Position numbers and translations under genes: made by a program. Below are positions 38,937 through 49,513 of a stretch of 64,000 nucleotides of DNA, piece by piece; positions within the stretch are counted from its first letter, which is position 1; the number at the start of each line of letters is the position of its first letter. The stretch lies in the NCBI GenBank assembly GCA_963794325.1, contig CAWCDG010000004.1, positions 224,001-288,000 of the forward strand, given 5' to 3'. The notes beneath the pieces are model-generated. The model was not told the DNA's origin, made no database searches, and worked only from the letters and a program-made list of their open reading frames with translations. The DNA is from an uncultured delta proteobacterium. GTDB lineage: Bacteria; Desulfobacterota; Binatia; Binatales; Binataceae.

Positions 38937-41876
38937 TTACGCCTTCCCTTTCTCGCGATATAGATCGCGCAGATACGTGATTGCCGGTTGCGTGTTGAGT
39001 TCCTCGAGCGCGCGATAGTTGCGAATCTTGTTGTCGTCGCGCCGGCGCATCATCGCGCTCGCGGGATCGTTGCTGTCGCCGAAGGTGATCGCCCGCGTCG
39101 GACACGCCTGCTGGCACGCCGTGACGATCTCGCCATCGCGCAGCTGGCGATCTTCAGTCTTCGCGTTCAGCTCGGCGAACTGGATTCGCTGCACGCAGAA
39201 CGTGCATTTCTCCATCACGCCGGCTCCGCGCACCGTGACGTCGGGATTGAGTTGCAGATTCAGCGGCGCCGGCCACTCCGGCACGAACCAGTTGAATCGA
39301 CGAACTTTGTACGGACAGTTATTTTCGCAATAGCGCGTCCCGACACATCGATTGTAGATTTGACCGTTCAGCCCTTCTTCGGTGTGATACGACGCGAACA
39401 CCGGACAGACCGGCTCGCACGGGGCGTGATCGCATTGCTGGCAAAGCATCGGCGCCAGATAGAGTAGCGGCGCCTCGGCGACTTCCTTTTCATTCGGAAA
39501 GTAACGCTCGATGCGAATCCACGACATGATTCTGCCATTATCGACGCCCTGCTTGCCGACCCACGGAACATTATTTTCCGCATAGCACGCCGTCACGCAC
39601 GCGCTGCAACCAGTGCACGCATTGACGTCGATCGTCATGCCCCACTTGTGCCCCGGGTATTTCCAGGGCTCGTACATTTCGAACGGCCCGGTGACTTCTT
39701 CCGCCTCGCTCTTCGGCACGACACCGCTGGCGAGCTGCTCGATACTCATCGCCTCGACGATCGAGCGGTGCATCATGTCCCCGTTGCCCAATGGAGTAAC
39801 CAGCGCGCGAGTGTCGCCGGTCGCGCGCGCGGTCGCAGCAGCGTAGGTCGCACCCGCCGCCAGTATCGCCCACGGATTTGCGCCAACGTCAATTGCATAG
39901 CGTCCGTACGCGCGATGCCCCTGCCCAATCGGCACCGCGATCACGCCGGGACGCACGGTGCTCTCAATCAATACCGGCGCCTCGATCGCGCCATGCTCCG
40001 TCTTGATCTGGATAATGTCGTCCTTCGCGACACCCAGCTTGCGCGCCGTCTCGGGATGAATCTCCGCCCAGCTGTCCCACACGATCTGCGTCACCGGCTC
40101 GGGCAGCTCCTGCAGCCACGGCTTGTCCGCGCCGCGACCGTCGTAAAGAAAAATGTGCGGATACGCATGAACTGAAAGTTCCATCTGCGCCGCCGCGGGG
40201 ACGGCCGCCGTGAACGGAGACGTATCGAGCTTGAGCGCGGACAGATGTTGCTCTTCGAACAATCCGCCTTCGCGCCGGGCGGTTGTCCAGAAATCTTCAG
40301 AATTCGCGGGATCTGCTTTGGGAGCCAGCGCGAGCCATTCAGTCTTGACCGCGTCGGCCGTAGTCTGCCAGGGAAGTTTCGTGCTCGACGATTTCGCGGC
40401 GACTGTCAGCAGGATGTCACCGACCGGCTTGCTGTTGAACACCGGCTGCATCACTGGCTGCCCGAGTCCTCGAATCCCCGCGCGCGGCGCGGTGTCGCGC
40501 CACGATTCGAGCGGGTGATGCGCCGGCAGCAGCAGACTCGCCATCGCCGCGGTTTCATCCTGCACGCCGCCCGCCCACACCACGAACGGAACTTTTTGGA
40601 GCGCCTCGGCGATTCGCGCCGACGGCGGCATCGTGAAGGCAGGATTTGCGCCCGTCATAAACACCACGTCGATCTCGCCGCCGCGCATCGCGTCAACCAT
40701 CGCGTCAACTTCGTCTGGCGTGCTGGTCTCTTCGCCCGGCGAGTCTTCGAAGAACATTATCGTCTTGCCGAAATTGCCGGTGACCGAATTGAGGATCATC
40801 GCCGCAAGATGCGCCGACGAATCGTCGGTGCCTGCGATCGCGAGTGCGCCGTCTGCCTTGCCGAACGCCTCGCCCAGCCGCGCGATCGTCGCGGCCGGCA
40901 CGCCGGTGCGCGCACTGGTCGCGGCCGGATCGAAATTCTCGACCGCCTTGCTCAGCGCCGCGAGATCGAAGCCCGAATTCGCCGAGACCTTTCCATTCTT
41001 GACCAGCACGTTGAGCACGCTCCATGCAACGTCGGCCTGCGCTCCTGGAGCCGTCGCGATCCATTCGTCGCACTTCGACGCCGTCATGCTGAGCCGCGGC
41101 CCGACGTAGGTCGAGCGTCCGATGGTCAGCGCACCGCGCCTCTTCTGCGGTGTCCGGAATTGCGAATATTGACGCGCGAGCTCCACCGGCGACTGCCACG
41201 TCTCGAGAAAGTCGGCGCCAAACGAAATCAGCACTTCGGCCTGATCGATTCGATACGCCGGCAGATCGCGCCGGCCGAACAACGTCTTGGCCGCAACCCG
41301 CACCGGTTCATGGTTGATAGCTTCGTAGAATATCGCGCGCGAAGAATTATGCGCGCCGACAAAGGCAGCCGCGATTTTTCCGAAGGTCGGCCCTTGAGGT
41401 GCCCCGAAAAATGCGACGCGATTCTTGCCTGCCTTCGACGCCGCGCCCAGCCGATCTTCGAGCACCTTTTCAGCTTCGTCCCACGACACTTTCCGCAACG
41501 CGCCGTCAGCGCCGCGGACTTGCGGATGCGCCAGACGGTCCGGATTGTACAAGCCTTGCAGCGCCGCCTGCCCGCGCGCACATAGAGCGCCCTGCCCGAT
41601 CGGATCCGCGGGATTTCCCTCGAGCTTGATCACCCGCCCTTCGCGGATTCGCGCGACCACGCCGCATCCCGCCGGACACTCCGAGCAGGTCGTTGCAAAA
41701 AAACTCGGCACGCCCGGCACGACGTTCTCGTCCGGCACCACGTACGGGATCAACTTGCGCGCCGCCGGCTCGCAGCCGGGAATCGCCGCCGCCGCGCCCG
41801 CCGTCGCGGCCAGCTTGATAAACGATCTCCGGGATATCGACGTTCCCTCGCGCTTGGGTTTTTTCACTTTCCTCAC
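38937..41876 (-). CDS. actB: Alternative complex III subunit B (molybdopterin-oxidoreductase-like + Fe-S fusion)
   Basis: Tat SRRSF + AIPGC; CSECPAGC...C; CTGCSAC, CQQCDHAPC, CVGTRYC, CTFC. Confidence 0.92.
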   Translation of the reverse strand: MRKVKKPKREGTSISRRSFIKLAATAGAAAAIPGCEPAARKLIPYVVPDENVVPGVPSFFATTCSECPAGCGVVARIREGRVIKLEGNPADPIGQGALCARGQAALQGLYNPDRLAHPQVRGADGALRKVSWDEAEKVLEDRLGAASKAGKNRVAFFGAPQGPTFGKIAAAFVGAHNSSRAIFYEAINHEPVRVAAKTLFGRRDLPAYRIDQAEVLISFGADFLETWQSPVELARQYSQFRTPQKRRGALTIGRSTYVGPRLSMTASKCDEWIATAPGAQADVAWSVLNVLVKNGKVSANSGFDLAALSKAVENFDPAATSARTGVPAATIARLGEAFGKADGALAIAGTDDSSAHLAAMILNSVTGNFGKTIMFFEDSPGEETSTPDEVDAMVDAMRGGEIDVVFMTGANPAFTMPPSARIAEALQKVPFVVWAGGVQDETAAMASLLLPAHHPLESWRDTAPRAGIRGLGQPVMQPVFNSKPVGDILLTVAAKSSSTKLPWQTTADAVKTEWLALAPKADPANSEDFWTTARREGGLFEEQHLSALKLDTSPFTAAVPAAAQMELSVHAYPHIFLYDGRGADKPWLQELPEPVTQIVWDSWAEIHPETARKLGVAKDDIIQIKTEHGAIEAPVLIESTVRPGVIAVPIGQGHRAYGRYAIDVGANPWAILAAGATYAAATARATGDTRALVTPLGNGDMMHRSIVEAMSIEQLASGVVPKSEAEEVTGPFEMYEPWKYPGHKWGMTIDVNACTGCSACVTACYAENNVPWVGKQGVDNGRIMSWIRIERYFPNEKEVAEAPLLYLAPMLCQQCDHAPCEPVCPVFASYHTEEGLNGQIYNRCVGTRYCENNCPYKVRRFNWFVPEWPAPLNLQLNPDVTVRGAGVMEKCTFCVQRIQFAELNAKTEDRQLRDGEIVTACQQACPTRAITFGDSNDPASAMMRRRDDNKIRNYRALEELNTQPAITYLRDLYREKGKA

Positions 41877-42392
41877 TCAGTGATGACAGCCGACGCAGTC
41901 GAGCGTCGCTTTTTTCTGCGTGTGACAATCCACGCAAAATCCCATGTTGATTTCATGCACCGGCACCACGCGATCCATCGTCTGCACCGGACCGTGACAA
42001 CTCTGGCATTCGATGCCGGCGTGAATATGCGGGCGATGCGTGAAGCGCACGAAGTCCGGCAGCGTGTACACGCGATTCCACTGGATCTCGAACGCCGACG
42101 GCGTGTCATCGGTCCACGGCTGCGTCACCGGCTGGATTCCGCCGCCCGCGATCCCGTTGCCGTGACATCCTACGCATCGCGCCACCGCCGGAATCCCCGG
42201 CTCCGACGATCGTCCCGCATAGGCATGGCAGTACTGGCAGGGAATTTTGTTGACCCCGGCGTGTACGCGATGACTAAACGGTATCGGCTGAACGACGTCC
42301 GCTCGGGGCGCCCACGGCCTCTCCGACAGCGCGATTACGGCGCCGCCCGAGGCGAGCATCAACAACGCAAGCGGTAGCACTATCCGGTTCAT
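41877..42392 (-). CDS. actA: Alternative complex III pentaheme cytochrome c
   Basis: Five CxxCH motifs; QPIPFSH; LPDFVRFTH. Confidence 0.92.
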   Translation of the reverse strand: MNRIVLPLALLMLASGGAVIALSERPWAPRADVVQPIPFSHRVHAGVNKIPCQYCHAYAGRSSEPGIPAVARCVGCHGNGIAGGGIQPVTQPWTDDTPSAFEIQWNRVYTLPDFVRFTHRPHIHAGIECQSCHGPVQTMDRVVPVHEINMGFCVDCHTQKKATLDCVGCHH

Positions 42393-42661
42393 GCTCAAGA
42401 TTAGGCTCGCTCAAGATCAGGCTTGTGAATAATCCCAAACTGCGCCGATGCGCCACCGCGTGACCGTTAAAATTTCTAACAATGCCGCCATCTCCAATCA
42501 AGCAGAATTAATGCAACTCGCCGCTCGATGCGCATTTGCCAAACCACCGGCCTGTGGATTCCCATTGTGCGAGAGCGCCGATTTACTGTGGCAGGTAGTT
42601 TCGACGCCCTTAAAAGTATGTTAGTTACATCTCGATCGTTGGTCTAAGGCTGATTCGACAG

Positions 42662-43825
42662 GTGCAAATCAAGACAGCTTCTCGACTAAGTCTTTTACCG
42701 CCCTATCTTTTCGCCGAACTCGACCGCCTGAAAAAGGAGGTCGCAAGCAAGGGCGTTGACGTCATCAGCCTATCGATCGGCGACCCGGACCTGCCCACTC
42801 CCCGTCATATCGTCGAGTCTCTCAAGCGCGCCGCCGACGACCGCAAGAATCATCGCTATCCCGACTACGAAGGCCTCCCGCAATTTCGCGAGGCCTCCGC
42901 AAAATGGTACCAGCGCCGTTTCGGCATCAGCTTCGACTATCAGCGCGAAGTGTGCGCTCTGATCGGCTCCAAGGAAGGCATCGCAAACTTCGCGACCGCG
43001 GTCGTCGAGCCCGGCGACATCGTGCTGATCCCCGATCCCGGGTACCCGGTCTATTACTCAGGATGCGTCTTCAACGGTGGCGAGCCGTACTTCCTGCCGC
43101 TTCGCAAAGAAACCGGATTCGTTCCCGATCTCGCGTCGATTCCAGCCGAAATCGCGCGGCGCGCCAGGATGCTGTGGCTCAACTATCCCAACAATCCTAC
43201 TGCCGCGACGGTTGACCTCTCGTTCTTCCAGGATGCCGTCAAGTTCTGCCTCAAGCACGACGTCATCCTCGCCCACGATAGCGCGTATTCCGAAATCGCC
43301 TACGACGGTTATCGCTCGCCGAGCGTTTTTCAGGCCGACGGCTCGCGCGATTGCGCAATCGAGTTCCATTCGCTCTCCAAGACTTTCTCGATGACTGGAT
43401 GGCGCGTCGGTTTCGCGATCGGCAACCCGCAGTTGATCGGCGCGCTCGGCAAGGTCAAGACCAACATGGACTCCGGCGTCTTCCAGGCGGTGCAGGAAGC
43501 CGCAATCACCGGCCTCGAAGGCGGCGACGGTGACAAGCTCGCCGAATATTGCGCAATCTACCAGGAACGCCGCGACCTGCTGGTCGGCTCGCTGCGCGCG
43601 CTCGGCCTCGAATGCGAAAAGCCGCGCGCAACCTTTTACGTCTGGACCAAAGTTCCACGTGGTTACACCTCGGTTTCATTTACCGAGCGCGTCTTGAAGG
43701 AAGCGGGCATCGCAATTACGCCCGGTTCTGGGTTCGGCAAGGGTGGTGAGGGTTACGTTCGCTTTTCTCTCACGAGCGAACGGTTGGTCGAGGCGGTGGA
43801 CCGGCTAAAAGCGCTGCGGTTGTAA
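42662..43825 (+). CDS. dapL: LL-diaminopimelate aminotransferase
   Basis: LPPYLFAELD, GSKEGI, NYPNNPT, SLSKTFSMTGWRVG, KTNMDSG. Confidence 0.88.
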   Translation: MQIKTASRLSLLPPYLFAELDRLKKEVASKGVDVISLSIGDPDLPTPRHIVESLKRAADDRKNHRYPDYEGLPQFREASAKWYQRRFGISFDYQREVCALIGSKEGIANFATAVVEPGDIVLIPDPGYPVYYSGCVFNGGEPYFLPLRKETGFVPDLASIPAEIARRARMLWLNYPNNPTAATVDLSFFQDAVKFCLKHDVILAHDSAYSEIAYDGYRSPSVFQADGSRDCAIEFHSLSKTFSMTGWRVGFAIGNPQLIGALGKVKTNMDSGVFQAVQEAAITGLEGGDGDKLAEYCAIYQERRDLLVGSLRALGLECEKPRATFYVWTKVPRGYTSVSFTERVLKEAGIAITPGSGFGKGGEGYVRFSLTSERLVEAVDRLKALRL

Positions 43826-43833
43826 CGGCAAGA

Positions 43834-44382
43834 ATGCCCAATCGGGCTTTTATCGGAATAGGCAGTAACCTAGGCGATCGAGCCGCCAATTATCGTGAGG
43901 CGATTCAACGGATCGCGTCGATCCCGGAAACGAGGGTTGTGCGCCAATCCTCGATCTACGAGACCGAGCCGATGGGCGATCTCAAGGGCGCGTTCCTCAA
44001 CGGCGTAATCGAAGTCGAGACCGAGCTTCCCGCCGAAGTATTGATGCGCCGACTGCTCGCGCTCGAGCGCATCATGGGCCGCAAGCGCGTCAAGGGCCGC
44101 AAGCAGACCCGCGGCAAGTATCGCCCGCGAATCATCGATCTCGATTTGCTCTTCTTCAATAAAGAAACCATCGACACGCGAGTCCTCAAGGTCCCGCATC
44201 CGCGGCTTCATGAGCGCCGCTTCGTGCTTGCCCCGATGAGCGAGCTGGCGCCCGCGTTGATTCATCCCAAGCTCAACGCGTCGATTTCCGAAATGCTGTC
44301 GGGACTTAAGTCGCCGTTCCGTGTTACGCTCGCGAGAGCGGACCTGCTGAGGCCGCAGCTGGTGAAAGCGAAAACAAAGTAA
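43834..44382 (+). CDS. folK: 2-amino-4-hydroxy-6-hydroxymethyldihydropteridine diphosphokinase
   Basis: [31 protein letters not shown]. Confidence 0.96.
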   Translation: MPNRAFIGIGSNLGDRAANYREAIQRIASIPETRVVRQSSIYETEPMGDLKGAFLNGVIEVETELPAEVLMRRLLALERIMGRKRVKGRKQTRGKYRPRIIDLDLLFFNKETIDTRVLKVPHPRLHERRFVLAPMSELAPALIHPKLNASISEMLSGLKSPFRVTLARADLLRPQLVKAKTK

Positions 44383-44393
44383 GAGGCGTCAAG

Positions 44394-45044
44394 ATGAAAT
44401 ATTTTATCGATACTGCCGAGGTAGCCGAGATTCGCGAGGCCGCCAGTTGGGGACTCGTCGACGGCGTCACCACCAATCCATCGCTGATGGCGAAAACCGG
44501 CCGTCCGTATCACGACGTGCTGCGCGAAATTTGCGAAATCGTCGACGGACCGATCAGCGCTGAAGTCGTCGCCACCGAAGCGTCCGCGATGATCGAAGAG
44601 GGCGAGAAGCTCGCCAAGCTCCACAAAAACATCGTCGTCAAATGCCCGATGATCATCGAAGGTCTCAAGGCCACCCACGCGCTGGCCAAACGCGGCATCC
44701 GCGTCAACGTGACTCTGATCTTCTCACCTCTGCAGGCACTAGCCGCGGCAAAGGTCGGCGCATCATTCTTGTCGCCGTTCATCGGCCGCCTCGACGACAT
44801 CGGCCAGGACGGCTTCGCGCTGGTCGAGGACATGGTGCAAATCCTCTCGAACTACGACTACCCCGCCGAAGTCCTGGTAGCGTCAGTCCGCAGCACCACG
44901 CATCTAATCCGCGCCGCCGAAGTAGGCGCCGACATAGCAACCGTCCCCTTCGCAGTCCTGAAACAAACGCTGCACCACCCGCTGACCGACCTGGGCCTCG
45001 AGCGCTTCCTGGCCGACTGGCGCAAAACCAATCAGAAGATCTGA
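44394..45044 (+). CDS. fsa: Transaldolase / fructose-6-phosphate aldolase (short type)
   Basis: [32 protein letters not shown]. Confidence 0.92.
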   Translation: MKYFIDTAEVAEIREAASWGLVDGVTTNPSLMAKTGRPYHDVLREICEIVDGPISAEVVATEASAMIEEGEKLAKLHKNIVVKCPMIIEGLKATHALAKRGIRVNVTLIFSPLQALAAAKVGASFLSPFIGRLDDIGQDGFALVEDMVQILSNYDYPAEVLVASVRSTTHLIRAAEVGADIATVPFAVLKQTLHHPLTDLGLERFLADWRKTNQKI

Positions 45045-45070
45045 ACGATCTGGCGCGTCCGCGCGCCTCT

Positions 45071-45106
45071 TCCCCTCTCCCGTCGGGAGAGGATTTAAGG
45101 TGAGGG
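45071..45106 (-). repeat. Family-B-like palindrome
   Basis: CCTCTCCC-GTC-GGGAGAGG-ATTTAAGGTGAGGG. Confidence 0.7.
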
Positions 45107-45171
45107 ACCTTATTCAGCGCGCGCTTGGCGCGCGATTCAAGATTCCGCTCCGCGTCTCGCCTTCTCCTCAC

Positions 45172-45198
45172 GTCATCCTGAGCGCAGCGAAGGATCTC
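45172..45198 (+). repeat. Family-C repeat (GTCATCCTGAGCGCAGCGAAGGATCTC)
   Basis: Degenerate second copy at 57069-57090. Confidence 0.65.
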
Positions 45199-45220
45199 GC
45201 GCGATAGCGCGCCTCGCCAG

Positions 45221-45724
45221 ATGATTTCGACGACGTCGCGAATCGTCATCCTTGGATGCGCGGGTAGCGGCAAGACTTTCCTCGCGCACCGGCTCGGCGA
45301 GCGCACCGGCGCACCCGTGATTTGCCTCGACGCCATATGGCAGCCGCACTGGGGCAAAGATGACGTCGCCAATTTCCGATCCTTGATGAAACAAGCGCAC
45401 GCCGGCGAGACCTGGATCAGCGACGGCAACTTTGCAGCCGCCACCTTCGATATCCGCCTGCCTCGCGCCACGCTCGTGATCTGGCTCGACCGCCCAAAAC
45501 TGTCCTGCGCCTGGCGCGCAATCACGCGAGTGTTTCAGCCCGGCGAGCACCATCGAATTGAGAGCCTCGCCAAGGTGCTGCGCTTCATCTGGAATTTCGA
45601 CCGAATCAACCGCCCGCTAATCGAGGCGCAAAGAATCGCGCACGGGCCGCAGGTTCCCGTCCGCAAATTGAAGAATAATCGCGAGATTGACGCATTCCTG
45701 TCGGCTTGTGGTCAGCGGACTTGA
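45221..45724 (+). CDS. P-loop nucleotide kinase-like (FlaR/adenylate kinase-related) protein
   Basis: RIVILGCAGSGKT, LDAIW, WISDGN, IWLD. Confidence 0.85.
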   Translation: MISTTSRIVILGCAGSGKTFLAHRLGERTGAPVICLDAIWQPHWGKDDVANFRSLMKQAHAGETWISDGNFAAATFDIRLPRATLVIWLDRPKLSCAWRAITRVFQPGEHHRIESLAKVLRFIWNFDRINRPLIEAQRIAHGPQVPVRKLKNNREIDAFLSACGQRT

Positions 45725-45729
45725 GGCAG

Positions 45730-46881
45730 TTAGTTCGCCGCCGCCGATCGCTCTGCGATCAATCGATCCAATTCTGCGCGCAGCTTCGGGAGGACTTCTT
45801 CGTAGCCGAAATAGCCTAGCTTGCGATCTTTCTTTTTGAGATTCACCGTCGTCGGACCGCACCACAATCCCAAGTCCGCGTCGTCGGTCTCGCCCGGGCC
45901 GTTCACTCGGCATCCCATGATCGCGATCGTGATCTTGTACTTCTCGGCGTAAACCGTCAGCTCCTTGACCTGCTGCGCCAGCTCGACGAACTTCATATTC
46001 TCGACGCGCGAGCACGACGGGCACGAGATGATATTCAGGCCCGCGCCGAAGTCCGGCACCGAGATGAATCGTCCCGCCGCGACATCCTCGATAATCTTGT
46101 GACCGACGAGCACTTCCTCGTGCTTGCGCTCATTGGGCAGCGTCAGTGAGACGCGAATCGTATCGCCGATACTCTGCGCGAGCAGCTTCTCGAACGCGAT
46201 GCGCGTCTTGATGATCCCGTCGGGCGGTAATCCCGCTTCCGTAACTCCAAGATGAATCGGCACGTCGGGCCGCCGCTTCGAAAACCGCCGGTTCGCGTCC
46301 ATCACCTTGACCGGATCGGAATCCTTCAGCGACACGACGAAGCGCGTGAAGCCGAAACCGTCCATCAGATCACAATGGTACGCGGCCGACTCGACGATCG
46401 CCGCGAGCTGATCGCCGGGATACTTGTCCAGGAATGCCGGCGCCACCGATCCGCAGTTGACGCCGATTCGAACCGCGACATCGTTGTCACGCGCCACCTC
46501 GACGAGCCACTTCACCTTCTGCTCGATCGTCTTCGACTTCTCGATATGATGCAGATGCCCCGGGTTGTAGCGAATCTTGTCGACGTGCGGCGCGACCCGG
46601 TCGGCGATTTTGTAGTTCTCCTGCAAATCGACCGACAGCACGACGCCCTTGGTCTGCTGGCGGATTTCCTTGACCGCCGGGATTTCCTTCTCGCTGTCGA
46701 TCGCGATTCGCACGATTCCCGCGCCCGCATTCGCCAGTTGATGCGCCTGCGCGACGGTCTCGTCGATATCGATCGTCCGCGTCGCGCACATCGATTGCAC
46801 CACCACCGGCGCGTTGCCGCCGACCTTGGTGCCGCCAATCGTTATCTGCCGTGTCTTTCGGTCTTTCAGTGCTTGATCCAT
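45730..46881 (-). CDS. ispG: (E)-4-hydroxy-3-methylbut-2-enyl-diphosphate synthase
   Basis: [41 protein letters not shown]. Confidence 0.96.
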   Translation of the reverse strand: MDQALKDRKTRQITIGGTKVGGNAPVVVQSMCATRTIDIDETVAQAHQLANAGAGIVRIAIDSEKEIPAVKEIRQQTKGVVLSVDLQENYKIADRVAPHVDKIRYNPGHLHHIEKSKTIEQKVKWLVEVARDNDVAVRIGVNCGSVAPAFLDKYPGDQLAAIVESAAYHCDLMDGFGFTRFVVSLKDSDPVKVMDANRRFSKRRPDVPIHLGVTEAGLPPDGIIKTRIAFEKLLAQSIGDTIRVSLTLPNERKHEEVLVGHKIIEDVAAGRFISVPDFGAGLNIISCPSCSRVENMKFVELAQQVKELTVYAEKYKITIAIMGCRVNGPGETDDADLGLWCGPTTVNLKKKDRKLGYFGYEEVLPKLRAELDRLIAERSAAAN

Positions 46882-46915
46882 TCCTATCTATGCTGCCGAA
46901 TGCGCTGGCCGCTTG

Positions 46916-47248
46916 CTAGTGCTTGTGCTCGTCCGCGACCGCCATCGCGATCGCGCCATGACTGAACGCCGCGCCCGCGCGCATCGCCGCCGCGACGAAC
47001 ACCGCCTCCGCGATCTCCTGGTCGGTGCATCCTTTCTCTTTCGCGCGCGTGACGTGCGCCTCGATACACCACGGGCATTGCGTCACATGCGCCGCCGTAA
47101 TCGCCATCAATTCCTTGGTCTTGCTCGGAATCGCGCCGTCCTTGAAAACTTCCTTGTCAAAATCCAGGAAGCCCTTGAACGCGTCGGGCGCATTCTGACG
47201 CAGGTTGCGGAGATACTTCGAGGTTTCCTTGCCGTAAAAATCAGCCAT
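46916..47248 (-). CDS. Carboxymuconolactone decarboxylase/AhpD-like protein
   Basis: KTKELMAI..AHVTQCPWCIEAH. Confidence 0.92.
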   Translation of the reverse strand: MADFYGKETSKYLRNLRQNAPDAFKGFLDFDKEVFKDGAIPSKTKELMAITAAHVTQCPWCIEAHVTRAKEKGCTDQEIAEAVFVAAAMRAGAAFSHGAIAMAVADEHKH

Positions 47249-47585
47249 CGTGATTCTCCTGGAAGCCGTTTTTCAGTGATAATTGAAGTATAGCAGACCG
47301 CTCGCCAGCATCGGTAACAATTACCTTTCGCGCGCGATACGCCGTTCGCCCATTCTAATCCTGATAGTAACCTCGAACAAACTTTGCTTATCCATGGTTG
47401 GCGACAACGAATTTAGCCTCTGACTTTTCACTTGCAATGAGTCATCGATCTGACTAAATATCTTTCTCCGTCGCCGTTCATTAGGTGGACCGGAGCGCTG
47501 CATAAGTTAACCCTGCTGTTCGCCTGCGGCACAGCGAAATTTTCGAGTTCCAGCACTTCGCTCGGGGGAGGGAGGATGCTGAACG

Positions 47586-48032
47586 ATGAGTACCGTAGTC
47601 TCCACAATCGCTGCCGGTGATCCGCGCCCGTTTCCGGACGTCATTCTTCGCAGCCAGTTCTTCGAGATGGTCGGAACGCGATCGCTTTCGAGCGAACAGC
47701 GCCTGATGCTCGCGGTGCTGGCCGACGCGATCAACGTCGTGCAGGAATTCGGCGGCTCCTCGAGCCTGCGCAAGCGCAACTCGTTCAACGAGGCCTGGAA
47801 CTGGTTCTTTACGAAAGGTGGCTCGTGCCCGTTGTCGTTCGAGAGCGTATGCGACGCGCTCGGCATCGACTCGAAGGGCCTGCGATGGCGCCTGTCGGAA
47901 CTGGTCGCCGGCCGCGGCGGCAGTCCGCTCCGCCTGCGCCTGAAGGAAGCGAGCCGGATGCAGCGGCTGACGGTGAATCGAGTACGCCGCCGCGACCCGC
48001 GCAGAATGCATCGCGCACACCGGACCCGCTAG
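47586..48032 (+). CDS. Hypothetical protein (EQRLMLAVLADA type)
   Basis: GGAGGA RBS; EQRLMLAVLADA...EAWNWF...SFESVCDALGID; basic tail. Confidence 0.75.
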   Translation: MSTVVSTIAAGDPRPFPDVILRSQFFEMVGTRSLSSEQRLMLAVLADAINVVQEFGGSSSLRKRNSFNEAWNWFFTKGGSCPLSFESVCDALGIDSKGLRWRLSELVAGRGGSPLRLRLKEASRMQRLTVNRVRRRDPRRMHRAHRTR

Positions 48033-48089
48033 CCGCGGTCTCGCACAATCGCGTTACACAGGGTAAACCCACCCGCATCCTTTTACTAA

Positions 48090-48145
48090 GGTGCAGGGGT
48101 TACCCCTGCCCAGGGAAGTATGAAACCCAGGAGGGGTTTCATTAC
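48090..48145 (+). repeat. Family-A REP variant
   Basis: GGTGCAGGGGTTACCCCTGC plus TGAAACCC..GGGTTTCA hairpin. Confidence 0.8.
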
Positions 48146-48157
48146 AATTACGTTCCT

Positions 48158-49369
48158 ATGGATTCTCCTCTGCAGGGTTTTCGGGTCGTCGAAGTTGCGA
48201 TGTGGGTAGCGGGCCCCTCCACCACGGCCGTGCTTGGCGATTGGGGCGCCGACGTTATCAAGCTCGAAGATCCGACGACCGGCGATCCGATTCGCGGCTT
48301 CGTCACGCGCACGATGGGCGATCCCAACGCGCGCATCCGGCCGCCGTTCGAGCTCGACAATCGCAACAAGCGATCGGTCGCGGTTGATTTGCGCACCGCC
48401 GACGGCCACGCATTCGCGCTCAAGTTGATCGAACGCGCCGACGTATTCGTCACCAGCCTCCGCCTCGACGCGATCGAGCGGATGAAGCTCGATTATGCGA
48501 CCCTTTCCGCGAAGAATCCGCGCCTCATCTACGCGTCGATCAACGGCTACGGACATCGCGGCCCGGATCGCAATCGCCCCGCCTATGACTACGCCGCCGC
48601 GTGGGCGAGATCGGGCCTGATGGCGACGATTGCGGAGCCGGGGCAGCCGCCGCCCGCGCAGCGACCCGCGATGATCGATCACGCCGTCGGCCTCGGCCTC
48701 GCCGGCGCTATCTCTGCTGCACTGCTCGCGCGCGAGCGCACCGGCCGCGGCCGCGAGGTCAACATCTCGCTGTTCTCGATGGGCCTGTGGATGAACGCCT
48801 CGGATCTCACCGTCGGCCTGATGACCGGCCGCTCGCCGCAATCCGAGTCGCGCACCGAGCGGGTGAATCCGCTGTGGAGCTCCTACCGATGCGCCGACGC
48901 GCGATGGATCTACTTCGTGATGATCCAGAGCGATCGCCACTGGCCGGATTTCTGCCGCGCGCTGGGCAAATCTGAATGGCTCGACGATCGCCGCTTCAAG
49001 GACTCGACCGCTCGCGCCCAAAACTGCGCGATGCTCACCGGCGAAATCGATCGCGCCGTCGCCACCCGCGCCTCCGACGAATGGGCGCCGATTTTCGATC
49101 GCCACAATCTGGTCTGGGCGCCCGTCCGCACCGACGCCGAAGTGCTCGACGATCCTCAGGCCGCCGCCATCGGCGCGTTCGCGCCCGTTGACCATCCGAA
49201 CATTCCCGGATGTCGCGTCGTGAACAGCCCCGTCGAGTTTGGCGACATCCCCTCGCAACCGCATCGCGCCGCCCCCGAATTAGGCCAGCATACCGAGGAA
49301 GTAGCACTCGAAGTCGGCCTGACTTGGGACGAGATCGCGCGCCTGAAAGCCTCGGGAACGCTCGGCTAG
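48158..49369 (+). CDS. CaiB/BaiF family III CoA-transferase
   Basis: VVEVAMWVAGP, DWGADVIKLE, NRNKRS, APELGQHT. Confidence 0.94.
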   Translation: MDSPLQGFRVVEVAMWVAGPSTTAVLGDWGADVIKLEDPTTGDPIRGFVTRTMGDPNARIRPPFELDNRNKRSVAVDLRTADGHAFALKLIERADVFVTSLRLDAIERMKLDYATLSAKNPRLIYASINGYGHRGPDRNRPAYDYAAAWARSGLMATIAEPGQPPPAQRPAMIDHAVGLGLAGAISAALLARERTGRGREVNISLFSMGLWMNASDLTVGLMTGRSPQSESRTERVNPLWSSYRCADARWIYFVMIQSDRHWPDFCRALGKSEWLDDRRFKDSTARAQNCAMLTGEIDRAVATRASDEWAPIFDRHNLVWAPVRTDAEVLDDPQAAAIGAFAPVDHPNIPGCRVVNSPVEFGDIPSQPHRAAPELGQHTEEVALEVGLTWDEIARLKASGTLG

Positions 49370-49513
49370 CCTGTGATTACCTTGGTCAAACCGCTTTTAT
49401 TCAAAATCAAACATCGGTATAAACCCACATTTCGACAACTTTGTTTGACTCTGACGAACACCACTCAATATGATCTCTGTCATTCGTCCCTCGGAGGTCG
49501 CCCGTTCGTGCGA

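Noticed and set aside
42490-42560. Sigma54 or FNR site upstream of the ACIII operon
   Set aside because: Best candidate (TTGCATTAATTCTGCT) lacks the invariant GG; no TTGAT-N4-ATCAA
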